From: Bilabrum cf. latius
Lineage: Eukaryota
Length of the DNA: 64,000 nt
Reading direction: 5' to 3'
Assembly (NCBI GenBank): GCA_965178125.1
Contig: OZ237753.1
Location: 372,001-436,000, forward strand
This document shows, piece after piece, positions 26,148 through 38,200 of the stretch. A program made the translations under genes and the position numbers. The notes beneath the pieces were generated by a model that saw only the letters and a program-made list of their open reading frames with translations, did not search any database and was not told the origin of the DNA. Each line of letters starts with the position of its first letter. The stretch's first letter is position 1.

Positions 26148-26255
26148 GCAGAAACTATCCCTAGCGACTACAATACCCCTGTCGACAACAACTAGTATAG
26201 CAAGAGCAGCCCCAAACATCGTCGGGTATCATCTCGGGCTAGGCGGCGACTCTGA
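11712..26255 (+). CDS. Giant intronless FG-GAP propeller / REJ / GPS / multi-TM polycystin-1-like receptor, copy 1, about 4,847 aa, 24 in-frame TAG
   Basis: All main + ORFs from 12159 to 25914 share one frame. I translated every gap and found only TAG, with no TAA/TGA until TGA 26253-26255. Signal peptide plus LRRRLQ; four FG-GAP modules; REJ-like [69 protein letters not shown] (about 21159-21272); about 5 TM segments. Confidence 0.9.
24042..24932 (+). repeat. 297-bp (99-aa) coding tandem repeat x3 in copy 1; single unit in copy 2
   Basis: gactcgcctgagcactcc recurs at 24042, 24339 and 24636. Confidence 0.93.
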
Positions 26256-27020
26256 TTATGTCGACACGTATCTGTTGCAGCTGGATGCAGCTAGCATCCC
26301 CTTCAGTATCAAGAACGTCGATGAGTATGGGGAGCACAAGCAGCTTGCTGCACAGCCGAAGCAGGTATCTGGCGTGAACAACACGATCATCTGGATATCT
26401 ACGAATTGCGACGTGCCCCCATACGGCATGGAGCCGCTTTCCGAAGCAACATCGAATTGAAGCAAGGCCAAGTCGAACATGCCAGCCGATCTTGCGTAGT
26501 TCAAGGGTCACATGTGGCTAGAGGGATCAACGAACCCGATCGAACGAAGTGCGCACGGCTCGCAAATTTCGGCACAAGGGAGACGCGATTGGCAGTGGGA
26601 TGCATGGCCAGCAGCGCGCAAAGGACCAGCAGGCGGGTGGAAGACGGGGCGCACGGCAGGTCGGCCAGGACCTGCACGTGCAAGCTGAGAGGATAGGGCC
26701 ACGTGGAGTCACCACCGCGCGTGTGTAGTCCAGCTCGCTCCGGGAAACCGCGCGTTACTATGCTTGATAGCTTCAAGTTGCGACCAGAAGGGCATCCTCA
26801 CGCCGCTCGTCGCGATCAGGTGAGCACGCAATGGGGATGGACTGGGTGGGACGTGAAGCTGTCGCCTCCTAGTGGAATCGCGGGCATCGGCTTGATCCGC
26901 AGAGGGAAGGTCAGATGGGCATACGAGAACACGCCAGAGGTGATTACTGCCTTGATTTGTTGTTACCTAGGCCCGTGGAGCTGCTCCATTGCGCAGAAGG
27001 CCGACAAGCTCATTCAATCA
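26148..27020 (+). pseudogene. Degenerate fragment of a bacterial-like putative glycoside-hydrolase/TIM-barrel gene
   Basis: Discontinuous peptides IVGYHLGLGG..LDAASIPFSIKNVDEYG..DVPPY, a TGA at 26458, HMWLEG/INEPDRTKCARLANFG across a frameshift, CDQKGILTPLVAI..WGWT, YENTPEV..YLGP..IAQKADKLI. The family resemblance is from memory, not from a search. Confidence 0.5.
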
Positions 27021-27211
27021 GCGGCGAACCAGACACAGTGGAAACTGCACTTCAGACTTGAAAGAAGAATGCTATGGCTTATGCTGCAATTAGTCTGCTG
27101 CGGCGCATCTCACTTCTGGCATGCCACCGAACACTACTGAATTCCCGGGTCGAACATGGCGCGCGTCAATGGCGCTACTGGAGTGGTTCTCGTATAGCCT
27201 CTTGCATGCCA

Positions 27212-27927
27212 TCAATTTCTCTCCATACTCTGGACCACAAGCATGGCGGCGCTGGCCGTGATGCTGAGGGCCAGCATGGCTGCAGAGGCGGCTTGGGCCG
27301 TTCCGTCTGTCTCCGAGTAGTCGACGTTCACGTAGAATCGGCTATTTGGAGCCGTGGCCTATACCACGAGGTAGAATGGCAATGTTGCTTCATTGTCACT
27401 GAGGCCGGCTCCACCTGCTGGCAGTGTGCAGGTTCTGAACGGACCGAAATTCACTGGCTGTCCTGCCGATCGGACCTCGCAGCTTACTGCGCTATAGCTC
27501 GAGACGTCCGCAGAGCCCTGCTCCCACTCATCGAATTCAGATGCATCAGTAACAAAGCTGAAGAAACCTCCAGATCCACTTGTTTGTGTGATATTGTACG
27601 ACAGCACACGGCCTTGCTGCAAGGGCTGAGTGGCACAACGAGGTCACCAAGAATGCGAGCAAAAACCCGAAGTAGCTGCTTTACGGTTCAAATTACAAGG
27701 TAACATACCTCATCCCACGATACGTATGCATAATCTCCAGCGGCTGATAACGTGGGTCTACTCATGCACATGCCATCACTGCACGACAGCTCCTGGCCGT
27801 CGCCGGGCTCGATGAATGACAACCTGCGGCCGATTCCCTCCACATTTGAGGGAACAGCCACTACTTTGAATGAAGTAGATACGTGTGCCAGAGCGCTAGC
27901 CGCGATAAATACGTGTATTTGCAGCAT
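27212..27927 (-). CDS. Small secreted, probably GPI-anchored protein, about 207 aa; join(27212..27616,27709..27927)
   Basis: Signal-like MLQIHVFIAASALAHVSTS, then GRRLS. gtatgt...ttgcag intron 27617..27708 in phase 0. TAG at 27359 read through to a hydrophobic tail AASAAMLALSITASAAMLVV and TGA. Confidence 0.7.
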
Positions 27928-28084
27928 ATCGCTCGATTTGCCACTGTCGATTCGCACCGTCACTGCTCTGACTCAACTGAACCGACGGAACCTTCACGAA
28001 CTAGCGGGTCAACGTGCCAGTGTGTCAACAAAGAATGTGGATTTTGCGAATGTAACCTAACAATTTAAGCCCAGCCGAGCTTTG

Positions 28085-28940
28085 GGGAGGCGCGGTGCGT
28101 CACGCAGATCTGCCCGGGGTGCCGGAAGCAGGGTATGGTAGTCGAACTGACCCAGTCCGTTCGCCACGGTGCCACGTACAAGGACTAGCGTATTTGCGGA
28201 GGCCTTTCAGGCCGCGAGCACTTCCGGGTGCTCAACGTGCTCGAGCAGATGGCCTACGAGGCCACGGGCAGACGCCCGATTCCGGGAGCCAGAGGGCCAA
28301 GTGGCCCAGCTACCAGGGCGGTGCGGTCCGCTCGTGCCACGGGGCGACCTGTTCTTTGAGCACGAGGGGACGGCTTTTCTCATCGACGTCACGGTGCTTG
28401 ATTCCACCGCAGCATCATATTGGTGGGACACTCGTTGTGGAGGATCGGTAGCGACTGGCAGGAGGGGTCTGCTTTGCGGGCCGCGCATGCCACGAAGCTG
28501 GCCAGCCACGGCAAGCCCGTCGACCTCGGAGCGCTCGGCGTCTGGATCGGGAGAGAAGACAAGCGGTGTCCAGGGACTGCGAGGACACAGAAAGGGACGG
28601 TGCGCAGTGGCGTGCGCGTCGTACCCTTTGTGGTGGACGTGTTGTGGGGGGGGGTCAGAAGTCCGTTGAAATCTTGGGGATGCTCGACAAGTATTGGAAA
28701 AAGAGGTAGGAGGACAAGGTGCGACGGGTGTCGACTCGTCCTGCCAATGCGCGCCTCTCGTGGTCTTCTGTAGCTAAGGCTCGCCTTTCGGTCGCCGCCT
28801 AGCACCAGCACGTGCGCGGAGAACAGCGTGTGTGCCACACTATGTACTCAAGGGTCATGCAGGACCACTCAAGGATCCTCGACTTTGTCTCGAAGGGATC
28901 CAGGACGGCTGCAGCGAAGGCAAAACGGGCGCTCATAAGA
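28085..28940 (+). mobile_element. Frameshifted 3' relic of an RLE-type non-LTR retrotransposon (zinc knuckle + restriction-like endonuclease)
   Basis: CPGC..RHGATY (degenerate CCHC), REHFRVLNVLEQM, a frameshift, then REP..RGDLFF..FLIDVTV..AASY, then SALRAAHATKLASH and RVVPFVVDVLWGG. This matches the usual order of RLE motifs. Confidence 0.65.
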
Positions 28941-28944
28941 GCGG

Positions 28945-29160
28945 TCACGCTTGGTGAGCCGCATCGGCCGCAGACTCGCTGTGAGAGCAGGATCTGAGTG
29001 GACGGTCGGGCTTCGGGTCCGGCATCGCTCGGGATGCACAGGCCAGCCTCATCAACACGAGGCTGTACAAGCGTAACGGCAGCTGGGTGATTGAGTTAGC
29101 GCGTGCCCTAGACACGGGCGACCCGGGTGATCACGTGCTGCCTACGGGCGTGTCCGAGTG
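28945..29160 (+). pseudogene. About 215-bp diverged fragment of the second DOMON domain of the 4006..7866 gene (source about 4845..5060), inverted relative to the source
   Basis: gatctgagtggacggtcgggcttcgggtccggcatcgctcggga...aacacgaggctgtac..aacggcagctgggtga..gacacgggcgac matches the reverse complement of about 4850-5010 (DLSGRSGFGSGIARD..NTRLY.RNGSWV.E..RALDTGD). Confidence 0.88.
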
Positions 29161-29259
29161 GCGCGGCTTTAGTACATCTAGTGACATTATGAAACTTGGT
29201 TACGAAATTGATATGCATAATAAGAGGAACCCATGCTATTGCCCAAGCGCATGGAAAGT

Positions 29260-32200
29260 TCAAGTGTCCATAGCGATATCGTCCAGCGCCCCCTGCACTT
29301 CCGGACGCAGCCTGCCCCTTTGGGTGCGCACCACATCCGCGAGCACGCGCTTCACCATGCGCGCCCGAGCCTTCATCGCGGACAATCGACTCGCACGAAC
29401 CATCAGGTCTCCGGCGCCTCCCAACTCGGATTCACCCGCAGAACTCTCCACACGCTCCGCCTCCAGGGCAGCGAGGGCCCGCTCGGCATCAGCCACAGTC
29501 TCCACAATGCCATCAATGGCGCTCTAGATGCCGTCCACAGCAAGCTTGAACCGCAGCCCGGCAAACTCCCGCAGCAAGATGTCATGCAGCCGGTACTCCA
29601 TGGTCCTGAACGCCTCCCGCTGCTTCTTCTCGCGCTTCTTGCGGGCCTGCTCCACAGCCTCGGGGTCGTCTTTATCGACCGCCTTAAGGCCTTCGACATC
29701 ATCATTCAGCACAGTTTTCGACGCAGCGACCGAAGTGCTGCTGCCTCCGGTCATGGAATTCGACCCACGCCTCATCGACCCGCTCGTGCCGTCACGCTGC
29801 TCGCCATCTAGATCCACCCGACCCTCCGGTCGGTCGAACTGCTTCACCAGGGCTGCCGTGAGTGCAGATGACATGGAGAACACCAGGAGACTGTCTCCAG
29901 CACCAAAGCCAGCAGTTGCTCCGATCGCGTGCAGCATGGCCACGTGCTGCATGCGGCCAGCCAGCACCTGCTTCTCTTTCAAGATGGCCGACTCATCTAC
30001 TGTGCCGCACCAAGGGATCCAGCTGAAGTACCGCTCCACCAGAGGTGCAAACGTCACGGCCCAGATCAGCAGGCCAAGCATCACAAGCGGCTGGTTCACG
30101 AAGAATGTGATGGCCTGCGATACCCAGAAGGTCACCATGAACGACGAGATGACCTCCCGTCCTCTGGTTAGTCCAAAGGCGAGGATGAACCACAGGATGA
30201 AGGCAAGCGCGAGAGCAAGCAAGGCGAACGAAATTAAGGACTGCGTTACTGCATCGCTCCAAGATCCCTCTTCCTGCAGAATCGTGCCCCGCACCGCGGC
30301 TTGCATCCCCTCGTCCTCCATGGTCTCTCTCAGCAAGTCTCGCAACGATGGACCGTGCGACGTGGCTAAACGTCCCAGCGGTTGACTCGCACGCCGACTG
30401 CCCTGCGAACCGGACCGCGCACGCTGCGTGCCTCGCTACAGCAAGGAGTATGCCTGCCTGTAGTCATTCTTCTCCGCCACTGGCATGGCATCGAAGCCTG
30501 GGATCATCGCGCTGAGCCTCTCATCCAGTGCGGGAGACGAATCACCTGTGTCACCGGATACCTGACGTGCGGAGTCATCTTGATCGACACCCTGCGTCGA
30601 TGCCCTGGATGCCTCGGTCACGTGTCCGATGTATATCTCGTCAAGGTGAATGCCAAGATCATCCATGGGCTCGTGCTCAGCTGGATTCTCGCGTCTGTCC
30701 GGGCTCGCGGGCAGGTAGGCCTCGGCACCAGTAGCTGCAGAAGCCTCGGCTGCTCGAGCCGACATGGAGTGCTCAGGCGAGTCTGTAATCTTCAGTGCAA
30801 ACATAAGCTCGGCCGCTCTGGAGGCTACTTGATCGTCGTGAAGATCCACCGTGCCGCGCATCGCCGGCCGGACAACGGAACACACACATCGGAACGAATC
30901 CAGCGGCCCGCACTCGCAACAATCGCACATTTGGCAGTACGTCTCCTGTTCGAGAGAATGCCGAAGCGCACCTCCCACAAGCACTGTGGAAGGACTAGCG
31001 ACAGTTGGGGGAGGCACAGGCGCAGGCGCATCGGGTCCATCGGGGTTGACTCCTGACTCTGAACCGGTAGCAATGGTGAAAGATCCCTCATTGACGCCCT
31101 GAATCCTGCCACGCTCCTTTTCGTCCGTGTTGACTTCGTCCACCCAGTCATCCGTGGGATCATCTCGGGGGTCTTGCCGGGCGTGGCAGCACCCGTAAGG
31201 CCGGCCATCGGCTGCCATCTGCTGTACCAGGAAGAGCGGCTGCTGGTCATCGTCGCGGTTGCAACACCGCACCAGGCAGCTGCAGTGCCGGCGGCACAGA
31301 GTAGGAGGCGCGCGCCAGCCGAGAGCTACTGGGTTGAATAGTGCAGGCAGCTCCACGACCGGCTGGAGCATATCTGCGGTGGCTGGTCCCTTCGGATGGT
31401 TTTGCAGTGCAGTGAGGGCACGATTTGCGACCTGGCGTTTCTCTTGCATTTCTTGCTCCGTTTCGCCCGCGTGGTCCAAGGCCAAGAGCAAGTGCGCGCA
31501 GAGAGCAGCAACGCGCCGCTGGTGGTCGTGCTCAACGGCCAGTCGATCTTCCATGCCGGAACAGCAGCACAGGTCCAAGCACCTCCATGACCAGGCGTAT
31601 CCCATGCAGCTGATCTCCGAGCGACTCAGGTGCGCCATGAAGTCGCCGAGGTCGCGGACCGCTCGGATGACTTGCAAGCGGAGAGCAGTGGCGTGCGCGC
31701 GAGCCTGCACGATGCTAGCGCTCGGTGCACGTGCAAGCTGAGGGCGATTTGACGACGATGCAGCGCCTGCCTTGCCGGTGATATCTCGGCTGATCCGCGA
31801 GTCGTCCTGCCTAGACCAAGCATTGGAGCTGCCCAAGGACAATAGCTCTCGCTGCGCACTGGCCAGCTGCTCCCGCCCTCGCTCTCGCCTGCCTTCAAGC
31901 ACCTACTATACAAGCACCTCGGATTTCTCGTCGCCAAGGAGCTCACCAACAAATCGGAGCTAGTCCACGTCATCGCTAGTCACATCATCTTCCGTGGTCT
32001 CCAGCCAGTTGGCCAGTGAAGCCTGAAGGACCTGCAGCTTGCGTCGCAGCTCGCCCACCTTCTTGCCCAGCCGCACCTCAGCAGCATGGCGGATCTCCAG
32101 CTCGCGCCAGATCGGGAAATACCGAGCCAAGAAGCAAGCTTCGCCGGCCTTGTCGAACAAAATCGTGAGTGTCACGCTGACCGGTGCCTGCACGATCGAT

Positions 32201-35200
32201 GCAAGAACCGAGAACACCAGCTGCTGCCAGCGAGGGACATTCGCAAAATCGTCCTCGCCGTCGCAGTCCTCGTCGATTCCAGCCGCATCTGCTCCCGACA
32301 CGCTGTAGAAGAAGGCAGTTGCAAACATACCTGCGAATAGCACGGCCATGAGCTGGCCTAGCCGCATGATGCGGTCCTGCTGGTAGTTGAAGCGGCAGAA
32401 TGCCTGGCACAGCTCATGCTCGAAGGGGAGCTTGGCGAGCCACAGCCGCAGCACGTCCATCCGAAGCACCCAGCCGCGGTAGCAGGGGTTCATGTGGCTC
32501 AGTTCCACCGTGTGTGATGCTGATATTTGAGATGCTGCTGCTCGAGTAGGTCCACTATCGTTTTGCGAATGCGAAGGATCGGGTGTGGCTGCTGCAAGCG
32601 AGTTCCGACGAGCCTTGTTTCGGTTTCTTCCGACCGAACTGGTAGAATTGGCACGGCTGCGATACAGAAGCTCCTCTGCTGAGGCCATGGAACTTCGGCG
32701 GCGCCGTGCAACCTTCTTCTTGGACGCTCCGTTCGACTCGGCAGTGTCTTCATCTCCGCCAATCCCGCGGAAGGCCCGCCCAAGCTCGTTGCTGATTGCA
32801 GACATCTCACTGGAAGACGAAACGTTGCAGCAGTAGCTACACATGCTCCCACCCCCGCTCGATGTACCGCCCTTCTTCGACTGTTTCAATAGATCTGACG
32901 CGTTGCAGCACAGATCAAAGCAGCACCGGCACGGATGATCCCTGACTCGCCTCTCTGCCAGCTCGGCCGCTCGGGCTTCAATCTCGATGCGTAGGAAGGC
33001 ACGGGTGGTAGCTAGCTTCTCTTCGAACTTGGGAAGCGGAGCCATCGTGCCTATTTCCCCCTTACCTTTCGTCTTGGACGCCTTGGAGCCTTTCTTTGGG
33101 ACTGGCGCAACCAAGGCATCGCCTGCGACGGGTCCCAGCTGTGGGTGTGCAATGAACTGCAGTGCTTGCAGCGAGGCCTGCACTGCAGTCTCTAGCTAGG
33201 CCTGCGACTTGTCCTTCGCGTCCGCAGGAACCGAATCATCCTTCAGAGCATCCCGGTGATCCCTCAGTGTAGTGCCAAGCAGCTCGTTTGCACCCTCCAG
33301 TCGAGCCATGTCGCGCACCACAGCGATCTCTGGATCCTTGACCAGCCGCCTGGCAAATCGCACTCTATCGCGCTCCTCGATGCACAGCGTGCCAGCCGCG
33401 GATATCAGTATGGCCAACGAGATGGCTCCGATAGCAATGAAAGTCTCAGGATTGGCCAGCACGTCAGCGGTTGTGATGGGCCTCGTGCCCACAGAGAAGA
33501 CTTCCCGGTTCGAGGCTAACAGCAGCTCCACGCGAGAGGCGAAGTCCGTCAGGTGGTTGCACCTGCAGACGGTCCCTGTGGGCAGGAAGGCCACCGCCTG
33601 GCAGCCGTCACCCTGCCAACGCTCCTCCACCTCATTCCAGTAAATGCACGCAGCCACCTGCGATACTGACTCCGACTCGAAGACTTGCTCCTTTGGAGGC
33701 TCGGACATGTTCACTGCCCGGATCTCGTCGCACGTCTGAGGCACATCCAGAGACGAGAGATCTGCCGTCCTGTTGGGCTGCGGCACACCGGATGGTCCAT
33801 CGCCTGAGAGAGTGGCAATCGGTACGGACTAGTTCCTGTACTCCTCCGGCACAGGCGGGCTTGCTGGCTTGGGCACGAACACACATGCCTCCAGGTCCTG
33901 GGCCTCGAATCCTACCGGGCTGCCGCTCACAGATGACGTCAGATCCACGCTCACAGTGGAGCCTTGCTCTGCGCTCAAAGTCTCAGTGGTACTCTCGACT
34001 GTGCGATTCGACTCGACCAGGCTGTTCTGGCCTGGAGTTGTAAAGGCGCCTTGGGTTGTATTCAATTCCCCGATTGGGATTCCCAGCGCATCTCCAAGAC
34101 CAGCCGAATCAGTTGAAAAGGGAGAAGCCACTGTGTCGGCGCCCCCTCCCCACTCCATGGCTGTCGCATCCACACCCTGCAGCAGGTCATTGTTTCCCGT
34201 CTGCAGCGCACGTCGGCGGATCCTGGCGGCTGCGTCTACCAGCGCCACTCCGAACGCACCTCCTTCCGCCCCGAGCGAACCACCGGCCTCTCCTGCCACA
34301 AAATCGCTCGCGGTGCCGCTGCAGTACCGTCTCGCGATTGCTTCCATCTCCTCAGGGTCTGAGTCGCCAGCTGCAATCAGACCTAGGACAACAGCATCGC
34401 CACCTTGCTGCACACGCCGAGAGCTTCCGCTTGGATCGCCCCTAGCGTCCAGAATGTTCAAGCGACCCACTGCCATGGCCAGCTGGAATCCACCAGAGCC
34501 CCCTCCTGCTTGCAGCTCCCGCTGGCCCTCTCCTGGAATCGTCCCTGCGAGCATAGTCCGGCCCAGCAGGTTAGATTGCCTCGCCACAGTGCTCCCACCT
34601 CGGATTCCCGTCGGTGTCACCAGTGCCTGTCCAGCATCCGAAGCCGCGCGCATCGTCCCCAGAATCGAAGAAGACGGGCCATTTTCCAGCGGACCGAGGT
34701 CATTGCCAGCCCGCAAGCGGTTCTCTAGGACACTCGTTACTGCGGAGAGGGCAGCGTCCAGCTGTCCGGATGAGACCTAGCTTGGATCTGCGAGTGCCGC
34801 TGAAGCGCCCTCTGCCAGTAGCTGCATGTTTGCTGATGTCGGTTCTGCATTCGCCGCAAGGAACGCAAGCAAGTCCAGCACCTGTGTTCGAACATCGTTC
34901 CCTGGACCATCGGTAGCATTGGACATGCTCCCAGCAGGCAACTCAGCCAACAGACTGGTTGTGGCCCCAGCGAGCAGCAAGGCGGCAGCAGGATCGGACG
35001 ATGCTGCCGCTGCAGCTGCAACCTCCAGTTGGGCGGCTGCTGCTGCCGCCACGATCGAGGCGTTCTGAGCCTGGCTGCTGTCCAGCGCTGGAGCCACACG
35101 CAGCTCCTTGACCACGACACCCTGACCACCAGCCAGATCTGTGGCAACGACAATCAACGACATGTTGACCGCTTCACCGGAGCTAGTGTTACCCGCTGGC

Positions 35201-38200
35201 AATACGGCGTCGAACGAAGAGCTGAGTGCATCTCCCCGTAGAGCTAAAATACTCGGTGCAGTCAGTGTCGCCTGGACCTCGGACGGTGTGGGTGCACTCG
35301 CAAATGGCTACACAGCTCCAGATGGGTCTACAAAGAATGAATACTGCAGCGGAAGATCGTCTGGATCGTCAGACCAGCCAGTTGTTTCGATGGACAGCGT
35401 GTCTACTAGCGCGCGCGGCAAACCTGCCCAGCGGCCAGAGCTGGGAGGCAATGCTGGCTCAGCATCAGGACTCAGCTGCACCGAGACACTGCCAGGCACA
35501 GGGGGTCGGTTTATCAGCACGGCCACCTCTGCACTTGAGGTAGTCAGCGGAGAAAGAGGCTGGCCCAGTAATGAGACGACCGCTCGGAAGCGGTACTCTG
35601 TCCCTGGCTCCAGCACGCCTTGCTGAAGGACCAGACTGCGAGCATCGACCGACGTGACCACCGCCGATTCGCCCGGTTGTGGGTCCACCTGTCCCTGTCT
35701 GGGCACCCCGGGTACTGCAGGTCCCTCCACCTGCTCCCAGGACACAGCAAGGCCTTCCTCCGCCAACGACGTGGTCGCCTCCTCCGGGGTCACGTAATTG
35801 ATCACGGCATCCAGCACCAGCCGCTGCGAAGACGAGAAAATGACCTGCCCGCCACTGGACGACAGGCGGCTGAGTCGAGTCCGGCCCGTGGTGATCTCCA
35901 GCGCGGGCACTCCTGCTGGTGCCACTCGAACCAGTGCAGTCACGGTGCCCTCTCGACTCGTGGCTGGGTCTGGCGTGGTCAGCACCTGCATGCTTCGAGA
36001 CAGCAGGCGCGCGCTGCCCATGGAGAGCCCGGCGGTCACATTCACTAGCAGTCTCAGCACGTTCCCGCCATACGGAGCGGCGTCCTCCGGACTGATCGTC
36101 ACAGTTGACTCGGAAGTCAGGCTGCCTGCACCAGGCACCAGATCAAGACATGGCGAGCTGCTATCCGATCCAAATGGCGTGGCAGTACAGTCCCACGTGA
36201 ACAACGCCGCTGGACGGTCCCGACCGGGCTCATACCCAGGGTCCGGGAAAGACCCGCCCGAGTCGAAATCGGGATCAAAGCCTGCCTGTGCCCCGCGGCC
36301 CGCCCCCACACCGATGGTGAAGCCTAGATCCTATGACACAGTTCTGTCTCCGCCCTCAATCTGCAGCTGCAGCTGATTGCGCCTGATCCCGACGCCAATC
36401 AGGCTCCAGCTCGACGTAAGCTGCAGGGCAGCACCAGACAGTGGCACCAGTGCTCCATCAGCTCCGTTTCCTTGAATCAGCACCACGGCTCGGACGGCCA
36501 GGATGTAAGCGTGTCCTGATCGCAGCGCCCCGCCCGGCACATCGAGCACGGGGCTGCCCTGCGATGTCGTAGTGTAGGACAACGCATCAAACCACTCAAC
36601 CCCATCAAGAGAGTGAGTCACAGCATCGCCGCTGCCGCCAAGGACCCCATTGATCACAGCCTGCTGTCCGAGTTCAACATCGAAGGCCACAAACGGGCCA
36701 CCATCAAGGCCTGATCTGGTAGGTTGCGAGCCGATGATCCCGACTGTCTAAGCATCGGTGACGCGATCCAGCACGGTCCGGTTTGTGCCAATCGCATCTG
36801 CAGGCAGCAGTGCACCTCCCGCCGCATCCACAGCGAATGCAGGTGACTCACTGAGAGTTGCATCTGCAACGGAGGCGACAACCTGCCATTCAAAGCCCAG
36901 TCGAGCAGCATCAGCCGCCACGGCGCTGCCACAGAGCTGCACCTGCGGCCCAAGGGAAAGTGCCGTCGTCCTAGGGCCAACGACAGTGTAGGTCTCCAGC
37001 GGAAGAAGCCGAGCGCGAGGCGACCCAATCAGGAGCACTTCAGCAGATGCTACGTCATTGGACTGTGCAGCTAATGCCAGCTCCGCATTTGACAGAGGAA
37101 CAGTGGCATCCCTGGCCCTGACGAGCAAGCTGACGCTGACTGTATCACCGAGACCAGCCCTTGGAAGATACAACGGCTGATTGGGCAGCGCGCGGGAGTT
37201 CAGACCAGACGATTCGGCTGCATCGACCAGCACAAACTCAATCTCACTGCGTCGGGCAAAGACACGATCTGTGGACAGCGCGCGAAGCCTCTCATTCAGC
37301 GTTTCAAGCGCGCTGCGGAAAGTGATACTGCCAGCACTATGAGAGTCTGCTGGCACAACCACGGCCCATTCGTATAGGAGACCAAAGCCGCTGGCGCCCG
37401 AGATGATGACTGTCGATGCAGCTGTGGCTGCAAGCCTCTCACTGCAGTAGTCGATCGCAAGATGACTGACGTCAATCTAGGCATCGACCTAGGGCGGCTC
37501 CGTGGCAGGGACGAGCTCTGTCTGCAGACTCACCGTGAGTACCTCGCCTGCATTCGGGATACCGATGGCCAGCGTATTGGGCCCGCTCAGAGCAAAAGAC
37601 CGCCCAAAGCCGCTTGCAGCCTCAGTATCGTTGCCCGTTGGTCGGAGAAGAACGTTCTCCGACTGGAACGACGTGCCGCTCTGGTCCAAGCCAAGGACCA
37701 CGATGGCCTCCCCGGGGCATCCCATCACCAGCTCGGATGCACCATCACCGCTCAAATCTGCAAGCAGGATCGCCGCTGCGCACTGCTCCGGCTCATTGAG
37801 AAGGTTGGTTGTGGTTGGTGCTGCTGCTGGTACTGAGTAATTAGAGGAAGCCACCACCCTCGTGCCATTCGCATCCAGCACTGCAAGCCCGATGCGTGTC
37901 TCGAATCCACCATCACCGGTTGGCACTAGATAGGAATGCGCCAGCATCGGTAGGTTGCTTGACCCAACGCGTCCGATCGAAGCAGACAGCCTGAAACCAA
38001 TGGATGGCAGTCCGAACTAAGTCGGGGCCACTTGCACCACCACGCTGGACGAATCGACGGCCAGCGAGGATTCGTCCATCGAGAACGCCACGATCGCACC
38101 AGAGGCAGGGGCTCCGGCGTACAGAAGCGAAGACTCCTCGAAAAATGCGAGGCTCGCGCCAAATTGACTGTTGGGTGCTGGCTGAACCCCAGCTTGCTGC

